Below, piece after piece: positions 45,324 through 54,239 of a DNA stretch of 64,000 nt. The stretch is from an uncultured cyanobacterium (GTDB lineage Bacteria > Cyanobacteriota > Cyanobacteriia > Cyanobacteriales > CAWCAG01): contig CAWCAG010000005.1 of NCBI GenBank assembly GCA_963793425.1, forward strand, positions 192,001-256,000, read 5' to 3'. Positions within the stretch are counted from its first letter, which is position 1; each line of letters begins with the position of its first letter. The position numbers and the translations under genes are program-made. The notes under the pieces were generated by a model. It saw only the letters and a program-made list of their open reading frames with translations. It searched no databases and had not been told where the DNA came from.

Positions 45324-46234
45324 TGCTGATGATAAATATCAAGGAACTAAGTTGTATTAAAAATAAATATTTTTATGAAGAACAACTGTTTACCGGAGTT
45401 GGATTTAGCACTTCTGGTGAAAAAGTTAATAATTTCAACAAATTTGAGAATGGAATTAACGTTGGTGCTTACCAATGTAAGTATTTTCCCAATAAAATAA
45501 GTATTCCTCATATAAACATAGATTATATTGACTTCACAGGAGAATTCTTAGATGCTTTTGCACTTTACAAAAACAAAAAATTTTCTGGCATTGCCTATGA
45601 GCTAGAAGATGAGGAAGATGTTTGTTTAGCCAAGCATCTTTTCAAAGATGGAGTACCAGTTGGTTCAATATCTTGGCATTCATCCGGTGAGAAAAAAAGT
45701 TTAAGACTTGAGCGAGAAGGTATTGTTCAGGTTTTTGGATGGTTCCCAGATGGTGCTTTAAAAGAAATGGAACTGTACTCTCAAGAGCAGAGTGAGAGAC
45801 TCATTAATGTTAGCTTCAATCAACCAAAACAGCTAAGAAATGTATGGATAGAAGAGAGTTATTTTGAGTGGATACCTAAGTATACAGCTAAACTTGAATT
45901 TCATTACCTTGAAACCGTAGATTCATTTAAAGATTTCACCATAAGTCCTACTTTTTCTTTAGTTGGTTTAGGAATAAACGATGCAGTATTTTGTGCTATT
46001 GGTTCCAATAAAAAATTTGGAAATTTATCTAAAATTACCATATCGAGAACTTCTATAAGTGAAGAAAGTTTCCTCAAGTTAGCAAACATAAATACTCTTA
46101 ACGAAGTTATTATCCGTGACAAAAATCGCCATTTAACAAATATTGCGAAAAATTTGAAGTCTATACGAAAAGATTGTTTGATAAAATTGAACGGACAAGA
46201 AATAATGGTATTTTATAATGCATTGAAGGAATGA
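45323..46234 (+). CDS. putative immunity protein with MORN-variant (YwqK-like) repeats and LRR-like tail
   Basis: TAATG coupling; Y....FTG/FSG repeats, FKDG.P.G...W..SG.KK; L..L.I..T.IS...F..LA tail. Confidence 0.7.
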   Translation: MLMINIKELSCIKNKYFYEEQLFTGVGFSTSGEKVNNFNKFENGINVGAYQCKYFPNKISIPHINIDYIDFTGEFLDAFALYKNKKFSGIAYELEDEEDVCLAKHLFKDGVPVGSISWHSSGEKKSLRLEREGIVQVFGWFPDGALKEMELYSQEQSERLINVSFNQPKQLRNVWIEESYFEWIPKYTAKLEFHYLETVDSFKDFTISPTFSLVGLGINDAVFCAIGSNKKFGNLSKITISRTSISEESFLKLANINTLNEVIIRDKNRHLTNIAKNLKSIRKDCLIKLNGQEIMVFYNALKE

Positions 46235-46310
46235 TGTCCTTTTGAAACTTTTAGAATAACAAGTGTAGAAATTTTTCTCAATATGATATTTATTGTCTAA
46301 GAAAACAACT

Positions 46311-46524
46311 ATGGTTAAAAAAGAAGACCCAACTCCTACCTCCACCTCCCCAAAAAACATTACAAGAAGAATATCAAGAAGCTTTGTTAAAAACTGGTAT
46401 TCAAGCAGCTAACTTACTCACGGAATTAATTGACTTAAAAATTATGCCAGACCCCCGTGCCAAAGAAATGGCTGATGTGGCTATAGAAGTGATTAAATTA
46501 GTCAATAATAAAAATATAGCGTAA
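46311..46524 (+). pseudogene. small hypothetical protein, copy 2 (+1 frameshift in the C/A-rich 5' part; may be a sequencing error)
   Basis: MVKKE... then QEEYQEALLKTGIQAANLLTELIDLKIMPDPRAKEMADVAIEVIKLVN, identical in amino acids to copy 1. Confidence 0.85.
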
Positions 46525-46871
46525 ATGGGCGTTGGTAAATGAAGGTATGATGCGATTGCCCTCCGCTCATTACCAGAGGTAAACCCTAAACAAGAAAAAG
46601 TCTCTTGGTGTAAGGTACTGGAACATCCCGGAATTTAAGATAGTGAATTAGTAATTTATCGGTTATATACAGACGGTGGAGGTAATCATGATGTTATGGT
46701 TGCTTTGCAAAAACGTCATCATGTCCTTGTTACTCCAACTTAATCAATTTTCTCGACACCTTAACTGTAGTTGAAAAAAAGTTAATATTGCGTGAGAGCA
46801 TTTGGGAGTATTTGGCAGGAAATGGAAGTATGCAAAGAGAAAATAAAGAAATTAAAAACAGATGAATATGA

Positions 46872-48740
46872 TTATTCATCTAATCTTGGTGTTACAGAAA
46901 TATCAAGTTGGTAATTTACCGATTCTCCTGCTTGAGAAACTACCACAAACTCATAAACTCCCGACTCTGACAACTCATTCCACCAACTATGTTCCAGGGA
47001 ATCCTCTAAAACCGCTTCACCGCCGGCAGGAGGGTAAATAGAGAAAAGGACTCCCCTTGGGGCAGTTAAATCAACTCTGACAAACTCACCAGCTTCTAAT
47101 TCCCCAATATAAACTTGTCCTCCTCCCGGTGCTAATTCTTTACTATCTTCATAGGAAGTTTGAGCTGCTGTTAAGCTAATTTTTTCTAACCCTTGTCCAG
47201 ATTGCAAAGCTTTGAGTTTATCCAAAACAATGCCATGCCAAATTTGACCGATAGAAGTATCAAGAAAATCTTCCTGGGCTTGTTGAGGAAAGTATTGTAA
47301 GAATTCTCCATCAGCCAAATCAAAAAGAGTCTTACTGCTGAGATTTAATTCATTAGCTTGCCGTTGCCAACCTTGACGATCAGCTTCACGATATTTCCCC
47401 AAACCTCGGCGGGCTTCAGGAGAAAGGAATGCCAATTCCTCTAAGGTTTCCGAAGCGATTTTGTCCCAATTCGCACGTAATTGTGCATCTTCTGCTTCTT
47501 CAGTGAGGATGCGTCCTTCTTGGGCAGGATATTTTTGCCAAAATTGCTGATTGATTAATTCTAAGTAAAAATCGTAGTTAATACCCAAGTTAAGGCGCTT
47601 TTCCCTTAATTCTTGTTTACGTTGTCTTTCTTGGGAGGAAAGATTAAGAGAAGGTTGTGGTTCGGCATCGTCGATATCAGGAAAGCTAAGTTTTTTGGGG
47701 TCTTCTGATGCGGAGTTTTCCTCAGTTTTGTTGATTTGGTGTTCTATCCAAGTGCGGCCAGCAAACCAACCGATTAAAGCGGAACTGGCAATGAGTAGTA
47801 AGAGAAGGGAAATTTGACCTAATAGCTTGCCTACAGGTTTACTTTTGGTGAGGAAATAGGAAGATTGGGCTTGAACGATGGCCGGAAAATTTTGAGGAGA
47901 AGGCTGGGGAGGATGATCAAGATCATGGAGAACTTCAGTCGCTTCTTGATAGCGATCGCCTGATTCTTGGCTAAGCATCTTTTTTAGTACTAGTTGGAAT
48001 TGGGGGGTAAGATTAATTTTTTCCCAATCCCACTGAGATGTTTGACGATTGAAGAGTTGCTGGGGCAGTTTTCCTGTTAGCAGTACTAATGCTGTTACTC
48101 CTAGGGCATATAAATCGCTATGGGTGGCAATAACACCTTCGGTTCGTTGTTCTGGAGGTGCATAACCTAGTTTTCCCCAACCAGGATAATTTTGAGAGGA
48201 GATATTAGCGACAACTTTTCTAATGCCTCCAAAATCAATTAATACTGGTAAAAGATCCCAAGTCCGCAGCAAAATATTATCTGGGCAGATGCAACCGTGA
48301 ATTACTCCTTGATTGTGGATATATTGTAGTAAAGGTAAAATTTGCTTGAATAATGTGATGACTTCCTCTTCATCAAAGCAATGGCCTTGGCTTTTATGAG
48401 TTTCTAAAAAAGTACGATAGCTATGACCTTCTACATAATCTTGCACCAAAAAGAGGCGCTTTTTTTCGGCCTGCTTGTGGTGAAATAGTTCTCGAAAAGA
48501 AGGGATTTGGGGGTGTTTGAGTTGGTGGAGAAGTTTAAATTCTATGTGCAGTAACTTTTCTGCTTTAGCCCCATGGCGACTATCCGCCCCTGGAACAACT
48601 AATTCTTTAAGAATCCTAGTACCATGACCATTACTGACATCTTTTGCTAAGTAAGTATGACCCAGCTTGCTTTTGCTTAACTGACGCAAAATTCGATAGC
48701 GATCGCTTAAAATTTCTCCTGTAGTTATGGAACTAGACAT
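46872..48740 (-). CDS. membrane-anchored Ser/Thr kinase-like protein with extracytoplasmic C-terminal domain; probable pseudokinase
   Basis: Kinase fold (HPQIP, DFG, GYAPPEQ, SDLYALG) but catalytic loop HGCICPDN; one TM helix. Confidence 0.82.
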   Translation of the reverse strand: MSSSITTGEILSDRYRILRQLSKSKLGHTYLAKDVSNGHGTRILKELVVPGADSRHGAKAEKLLHIEFKLLHQLKHPQIPSFRELFHHKQAEKKRLFLVQDYVEGHSYRTFLETHKSQGHCFDEEEVITLFKQILPLLQYIHNQGVIHGCICPDNILLRTWDLLPVLIDFGGIRKVVANISSQNYPGWGKLGYAPPEQRTEGVIATHSDLYALGVTALVLLTGKLPQQLFNRQTSQWDWEKINLTPQFQLVLKKMLSQESGDRYQEATEVLHDLDHPPQPSPQNFPAIVQAQSSYFLTKSKPVGKLLGQISLLLLLIASSALIGWFAGRTWIEHQINKTEENSASEDPKKLSFPDIDDAEPQPSLNLSSQERQRKQELREKRLNLGINYDFYLELINQQFWQKYPAQEGRILTEEAEDAQLRANWDKIASETLEELAFLSPEARRGLGKYREADRQGWQRQANELNLSSKTLFDLADGEFLQYFPQQAQEDFLDTSIGQIWHGIVLDKLKALQSGQGLEKISLTAAQTSYEDSKELAPGGGQVYIGELEAGEFVRVDLTAPRGVLFSIYPPAGGEAVLEDSLEHSWWNELSESGVYEFVVVSQAGESVNYQLDISVTPRLDE

Positions 48741-48820
48741 AAATGGTTGGTTTTGAAAATAGTCAATTTTTTAAATATTCTGATTTGCGATCGCTTAATT
48801 ATTATTCAAGGTCAATAGAG

Positions 48821-49333
48821 ATGTTCAGTCAGATTCAGCATAAGTTTCACCTCCTGCTCTTTTTTCTTACTGTCTTAATATTTTCGGGAATAGTTGCTCA
48901 GCCAGCAATTGCTGTATTGAGACAACACCAAGATAGCCCAGGAATTATGCGTTACCATGTTCAACATTCTATTCGAGCAGGAAGCGGCACAACTTGGCAA
49001 GTAATTCTCTTTCCTAACTACAAATTAGCTCATCCAGAGCAGTATTATTTACGTTTGGTTGGTTTTCCTGGCTTAGCAGAATTTAAGCACCCTCAACCTT
49101 TAGAGATTATCACGGCTAAAGGGAAGTTGCTGCCCGCAGCAGATGCTTTTCCTGAATTTGCACCAGCTCCTAATGTTGGTCAATTTAAGGTTACAGATAT
49201 TTTATCTCAGTTACCGGAGAATCAGCCTTTAACTCTTTCTATTTCCCTCCAAGGGGAAGAAGATTTGAGACTAAAAATTGCTTCAGAAGTGGTGGCAGAG
49301 TGGCAATTATTGGTTAATATTGATTCCCAGTGA
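48821..49333 (+). CDS. DUF3122-like secreted protein (ORF track starts at 48743)
   Basis: Signal peptide, WQVILF, LRLVGFPG, HPQPL, NVGQF. Confidence 0.7.
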   Translation: MFSQIQHKFHLLLFFLTVLIFSGIVAQPAIAVLRQHQDSPGIMRYHVQHSIRAGSGTTWQVILFPNYKLAHPEQYYLRLVGFPGLAEFKHPQPLEIITAKGKLLPAADAFPEFAPAPNVGQFKVTDILSQLPENQPLTLSISLQGEEDLRLKIASEVVAEWQLLVNIDSQ

Positions 49334-49339
49334 TAAACT

Positions 49340-49622
49340 CGCCCCTAAACTGGGGGACTTCTTACGGTGGAAAGTTAAAGCGATCGCTAATGCTTCTTTA
49401 GGGCAAGCTAAGGCTTTGGATAACATTCCTTTAGAGATGAAGAGATTTTTACTTAACCTAGAAACTGAAGGTCTTCAAGCCCTACAATTCACCCGTAGCA
49501 TACCAGGTTTAGGGACTGCGTTGGTAGGCATGAAGTCTCCTCAATACGTTCAAGAAAACCTTACTTTGACTAAGGTTGCACCTTTAAAAGCAAGGGATTA
49601 TGAGGGATTGTTTCGACAATAG
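49340..49622 (+). pseudogene. C-terminal fragment of an aldo/keto reductase
   Basis: ALQFTRSIPGLGTALVGMKSPQYVQENL typical AKR C-terminus; N-terminal barrel absent. Confidence 0.65.
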
Positions 49623-49651
49623 TCCTTAGCTTAATAAATAACAAAGATTCT

Positions 49652-50425
49652 TTACTTTGTCACTCCTAAAAAGAAAGGTAATCTTTTCTCTAATCCCAAA
49701 CGTATATCTTCATTTTCTTGGGCATATAAAGCAACAGAAGTACCTCCATCTAAATTGATGGCAGTTATTGCTTTGCCAGAAAACATATTTAAACACAACA
49801 TATACTCCGCTAAATCAGTTAGGGAATATAATTCTGTGGTTGCCAGAAAAAACACTTCTCCTGCTTCCGTTGTTCCCAAAATAGACCGTAGATATTCTCC
49901 ATCACCATTCAAGGAACTATGAATATAATCTTCTTGAATCTGATTATTTTTTAAAATAAGTGGCCCAGTTTGAAATTTAATTTTTTCATCACTATTGGTA
50001 GTGTAAGTAGAAGCAGGATAAATATTAATGGTTTCGCCAATTTCTACAATATGAGTAACTTGAACATCATCAGGTACTATAGGAGCAATGGTTGCTCCGC
50101 TAATTTCCAAAAGCCCTGAGTGACTGTAATCGCCATGAAAATATCCGGCGTTGATAGCAGTATTTAATTGATTAGTTTCGATGATTGACTCGAAACTCTG
50201 CAAATCTTGTCTGTCTTCCTGAACATAAAGTTTTAACTCTACATCACTTATCTTAAACAAAGACAAATAAATTCCCTCATCTTTGTAAACGTAAGTTTCA
50301 ATATTTTTTTCTGTCTGGAAATTAGTATCTAGATTGGTATGAGATTGAGCAAAAATAGAGGAGAAACTTCCTGCAAAAAACGCTACTAAACAGGAACTGA
50401 GAAAGATAACAATATATTTTTTCAT
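49652..50425 (-). CDS. secreted phosphodiester glycosidase (NAGPA) family protein
   Basis: Signal peptide, AINAGYF, QTGP, RSILG, AINLDGGTS. Confidence 0.8.
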   Translation of the reverse strand: MKKYIVIFLSSCLVAFFAGSFSSIFAQSHTNLDTNFQTEKNIETYVYKDEGIYLSLFKISDVELKLYVQEDRQDLQSFESIIETNQLNTAINAGYFHGDYSHSGLLEISGATIAPIVPDDVQVTHIVEIGETINIYPASTYTTNSDEKIKFQTGPLILKNNQIQEDYIHSSLNGDGEYLRSILGTTEAGEVFFLATTELYSLTDLAEYMLCLNMFSGKAITAINLDGGTSVALYAQENEDIRLGLEKRLPFFLGVTK

Positions 50426-50434
50426 GACCTACTC

Positions 50435-50556
50435 TACTGGCGTGACACGCCTAAAACATTGCAATAGTAGGGGCGGGTTTTGAGTCAAATTGTGAGATTA
50501 ACATTAAATTAAATACACCCGCCCTAACACACGATTTTAGCTGGGTCACGCTACTA
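50435..50556. mobile_element. MITE-like element with TA termini and internal GTAG REP-like hairpin
   Basis: 22-bp terminal IRs (17/22 match) tactggcgtgacacgcctaaaa / ttttagctgggtcacgctacta; internal gtaggggcgggt...acccgccctaac. Confidence 0.65.
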
Positions 50557-50642
50557 CAAACTATTTTCACCTTACTTTTCTGATAAATATTCTCTTTTCT
50601 TTTTGATTATTTATTTCAGAGTACGATAGAAGAAGAATAAAA

Positions 50643-51311
50643 TCAATTTTTAACTGCCTGTTTTTGTTGCTTAAGATAAACAAATACAGACTTATCGCCA
50701 ATATCTGGTGGGATAGCTTGAACAGACTTGCGTATGGCAAATATTAAGTAAAAAATAGCCCAAGTAGCTAACAAAACTTGTTCGGCCCCTAAAGATAAAA
50801 TATTAGACATATGCCCTAGTAAAAGCAAGGGAATTAAAGGGGTAAGAATCTTCGTTTCTAAGCGATTAAAACAAAAGGCTTCTTTAAAGAAAATGCCTGT
50901 TAAAGCAGCAAAGAGAAAACCAACACCAAAGATGGTTAAAGGATGGTTATAGACAAAAACCGCTAAAGAATTGCCACTTTGCCAAGCTAATACTCCTGAA
51001 GCGATTGTCCCTACTAACCAAAAGCCTTGTAAAACTCGATGTAAGGGTTTGAGGTAAATATGGATGGTTGTTAGACTTACTCCTAAACCAAGGATAAAAA
51101 CCCCAAACAATAAATTAGTGATTAATGAGACAGTGGGAGTAATTCCTTGCCACAATATTAAACCGCTGCCCAAAGCAAAGCTTAAAGCGGAAGCCATTAA
51201 ACCTGCACGATAAACAACCACTTCAGCGCGATCGCGGTCATTAATGGTAAATTCCCCGAATTGCCCTTGATATATTTCTGTTTCTAAAGATGTCATTTTA
51301 TCAGTTATCAA
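50643..51311 (-). CDS. DUF2301 family membrane protein
   Basis: YQGQFGEFTI...EVVVYR, IHIY..PLH, FKEAFCF, DIGDKSVF. Confidence 0.82.
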   Translation of the reverse strand: MITDKMTSLETEIYQGQFGEFTINDRDRAEVVVYRAGLMASALSFALGSGLILWQGITPTVSLITNLLFGVFILGLGVSLTTIHIYLKPLHRVLQGFWLVGTIASGVLAWQSGNSLAVFVYNHPLTIFGVGFLFAALTGIFFKEAFCFNRLETKILTPLIPLLLLGHMSNILSLGAEQVLLATWAIFYLIFAIRKSVQAIPPDIGDKSVFVYLKQQKQAVKN

Positions 51312-51362
51312 TGATTAGTTATCAGTTATTTATTAGCTCAATTAGTAACTAGCAATTATCAA

Positions 51363-52673
51363 TTATTTTACTAACCAAGCACGAATTTTTTGTACAATCC
51401 AAATTAGTTCTGCTTCTTTTAACTTTCGCCCAAAATAATTTTTGTTAAACAGTTCTGCATGGGATGGGTTGGAGACAATTATAATCCCTCTGGCACTATA
51501 AGAAGATGTTTTATAATAAATAGAAATATCTTGAATGGCATTGGTAATACCTATTTGTTTGCTTGTATAAAACCCTAAAAACTTTTTACTAATAGTAAAA
51601 GTATCTTGAGATAATTCCAGCTTGGTTTCAGCAAAGAGGCGTTCTTGAGTAAAAATTAAGATTAATAGAGTTAGACCTACAGGAGTAAGAAAAACTAACA
51701 AACAAGCTAAAACCACAATTGTTAGTGGCGCAGGTATTTTATCAAACTTTAAACGAGAAGGAATAATAATCTTTAATTGTTCTGGAGTTTGAGCAATTTT
51801 GATGGAAGTTTGAACAGGAGGAGGCAGTTGACCAGGTTTATAGTAAGAAGATGTAGATGTGGGTATAGTTTCTGCTTCTAAGGCTTGTAAAGCTTGGTTG
51901 GCAGATTGAAAGCGATTTTCTGGCGCAGGTTGGATCGCTTTTTCTAACCAAGTAATAAAATTGGCACTGACACTTTGTTGCGAGAGGCGATCGCGAAATT
52001 GCAATTGTAATTCTTTTTGGGGTAAATCTCCTGGGGCAACACCCCCTAAAAGATGAATAATTGTTGCCCCCAAAGCATAGAGATCCGAGGCAGGAATCGC
52101 CCTTCCTCCATATTGTTCCATCGGTGCATAACCATAGGTTCCTACAATAGTAAAAGTTGCCCCTTCCGCTGCTGCTTTGTCCTGAACTGCACCAAAATCT
52201 ACTAGATATATTTGGTCATTCTCTCCTAAAATTAAATTGCTTGGTTTGATGTCACGATGGAGCAAAATGGGATTGAGGCTATGAAGATAAATGAGAATTT
52301 CTAAAATCTCTTTAGTTATTTGCTGAACTTTAGCTTCTGTTAACCTTTTACTTTCATTTAAGAGCTGTTTGAGAGAAGAACCCGGAATATATTCCTGTAC
52401 TAACCCAAACCAAAGAAAGCGATCATCTATAGAAAAGTAATCATAATATTTAGGTATTTGACTATTCTGAAGCTGTTGAAGAATATTGGCTTCTCTTTCA
52501 AATAGTTTCAGGTCATCCCATTGAACATCCCCACCAAAAGCAAGTAACTTCACCACAGATAAGCGTTCAGGCATCTGCAAATCTTCAGCTAACCAAGTCT
52601 GTCTTCCAGCATTGTGACCTAACTTTTTAAGTAGTTTGTAGCGGTTATGTAAAATTTGTTGTGCTTCGAGCAT
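51363..52673 (-). CDS. Ser/Thr protein kinase with C-terminal TM region
   Basis: VVK, HRDIKPSN, DFG, GTYGYAPMEQ. Confidence 0.9.
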   Translation of the reverse strand: MLEAQQILHNRYKLLKKLGHNAGRQTWLAEDLQMPERLSVVKLLAFGGDVQWDDLKLFEREANILQQLQNSQIPKYYDYFSIDDRFLWFGLVQEYIPGSSLKQLLNESKRLTEAKVQQITKEILEILIYLHSLNPILLHRDIKPSNLILGENDQIYLVDFGAVQDKAAAEGATFTIVGTYGYAPMEQYGGRAIPASDLYALGATIIHLLGGVAPGDLPQKELQLQFRDRLSQQSVSANFITWLEKAIQPAPENRFQSANQALQALEAETIPTSTSSYYKPGQLPPPVQTSIKIAQTPEQLKIIIPSRLKFDKIPAPLTIVVLACLLVFLTPVGLTLLILIFTQERLFAETKLELSQDTFTISKKFLGFYTSKQIGITNAIQDISIYYKTSSYSARGIIIVSNPSHAELFNKNYFGRKLKEAELIWIVQKIRAWLVK

Positions 52674-52917
52674 AATATTTATAGTAATTCTATTAGAGAG
52701 GTGAACATAGAATTAAACGCTTTAGGCAATAAGCATTTTAGCAAGAGGCAAAAGATCAAAAATCAAGATTTAGCTCTACAACTTATTGAGAAACGCTACT
52801 ATTACCATCATAGTCTATCAATTTAATCTAGAAGCTAACACTAATAATCAATGTTTAATGTTTAATATAGCCTACGGCAACGCTCACGCGAATAATGATA
52901 AATGGTATTAGCTGCCT

Positions 52918-54186
52918 ATGCCAGTTACAGCATTTTTCCAGGGAATTTTGGGTGCTTCAAGTCTTGCCTTTGGAGCCTTTGTTGGGGTCATTTGGCGACC
53001 TCGTAGGGTATTTTCTGCTGCGATTATGGCTTTTGGTAGTGGAACTTTACTCGCTGCGATCGCCTTTGAAATTTCTCTTCCGGCTTATCACAACCACGGC
53101 TTTTTACCTCTGATTATTGGTTTTATGATCGGGGGAAGTTTATTCGTTTATTTAACTCAATATATTGACCAACAAGGTGGTTTTTTACGCAAACCAGCTT
53201 CTAGCCGTCGCTATCTTTATGAACACCGTAGTGATAAAAGCACCGATGTACTCAGTCGCATTTCCCATGTAGAGGTGATGCAAAACCTCCCTGATAAAGA
53301 AAGAGAAGCCCTGGCCCCTTTATTAAAAGCAAAAAATGTTCCTGCTGGAGAAATTCTTTGTGAAGAAGGTCACCCAGGGGAATACTTTTATATGATTGTC
53401 AGCGGCGAAGCAGAAGTCCGTAAAGGGCGTAAGGTTTTATCTCACCTCAAACCAGGAGAAGTATTCGGGGAAATGTCTCTATTGACCGGAGAACCCCGTT
53501 CTGCAACGATTATTTCCCGGACTCCTATGGAGTTATATCAACTGCACCAAGAACATTTTGGTCATGTGTTAAGTTGGTCACCTCATATGGCTTGGGCTTT
53601 AAGTCGTTCCTTAGCCCGTCGCTTACGTGTCGCTACTGAATCACAAGTTGCTGTAGAAAATAATTTAGATCGTTGGCGACAGCAATTAATGGATCAAGTA
53701 GAACTAGATATTTTGATGCGTGAAGATCCTAGTATCTTAGAAGGATTAGTAGAAAGTTCGGCCCCCTTAGCCATTATGGTAGGAACTTTAATTGATAACA
53801 TTCCCGAAGCTGCCACCATCGGGTTAAATGCCGAAAATCCCCATTTAGGTTGGTCTTTCATTTTAGCTGTATTTATTTCCAACTTTCCCGAAGCCTTATC
53901 TAGTGCTGCGGGAATGCAACAAGCCGGAACTTCTAAAGTACAAATTCTCTCTCTTTGGTTAGGAATTGTGTTCCTAAGCGGCTTGTGTTCCGCCGCCGCC
54001 TATTCTGTTCAAGGTTATATGCCAGAATTGTTTGTTAGTTTAATTCAATCAATTGCTGGGGGAGCAATTCTTGCTATGTTAGCCAGTACCATGATGCCGG
54101 AAGCCTACGAGTTAGGAGGTGGCTACGTCGCTTTTTCCACAATCATGGGTTTCTTGCTCGGTTTTTGGGTTTCCTTTGCTCATTGA
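52918..54186 (+). CDS. ZIP family metal transporter with inserted cyclic-nucleotide-binding domain
   Basis: AFGSGTLLAA (ZIP TM2), cNMP domain with FGEMSLLTGEPRSATI, DNIPE/SNFPE (TM4/5), MMPEA. Confidence 0.85.
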   Translation: MPVTAFFQGILGASSLAFGAFVGVIWRPRRVFSAAIMAFGSGTLLAAIAFEISLPAYHNHGFLPLIIGFMIGGSLFVYLTQYIDQQGGFLRKPASSRRYLYEHRSDKSTDVLSRISHVEVMQNLPDKEREALAPLLKAKNVPAGEILCEEGHPGEYFYMIVSGEAEVRKGRKVLSHLKPGEVFGEMSLLTGEPRSATIISRTPMELYQLHQEHFGHVLSWSPHMAWALSRSLARRLRVATESQVAVENNLDRWRQQLMDQVELDILMREDPSILEGLVESSAPLAIMVGTLIDNIPEAATIGLNAENPHLGWSFILAVFISNFPEALSSAAGMQQAGTSKVQILSLWLGIVFLSGLCSAAAYSVQGYMPELFVSLIQSIAGGAILAMLASTMMPEAYELGGGYVAFSTIMGFLLGFWVSFAH

Positions 54187-54239
54187 TCATTAATCATTAA
54201 TCATTGAACATTGATAACTACTCATTACACCTTTTATAC

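Noticed and set aside
43045..46638. G-to-A/C-to-T nonsense changes as a footprint of the local deaminase toxin
   Set aside because: Only a few events, and these transitions are the commonest spontaneous mutations; no evidence of targeting.
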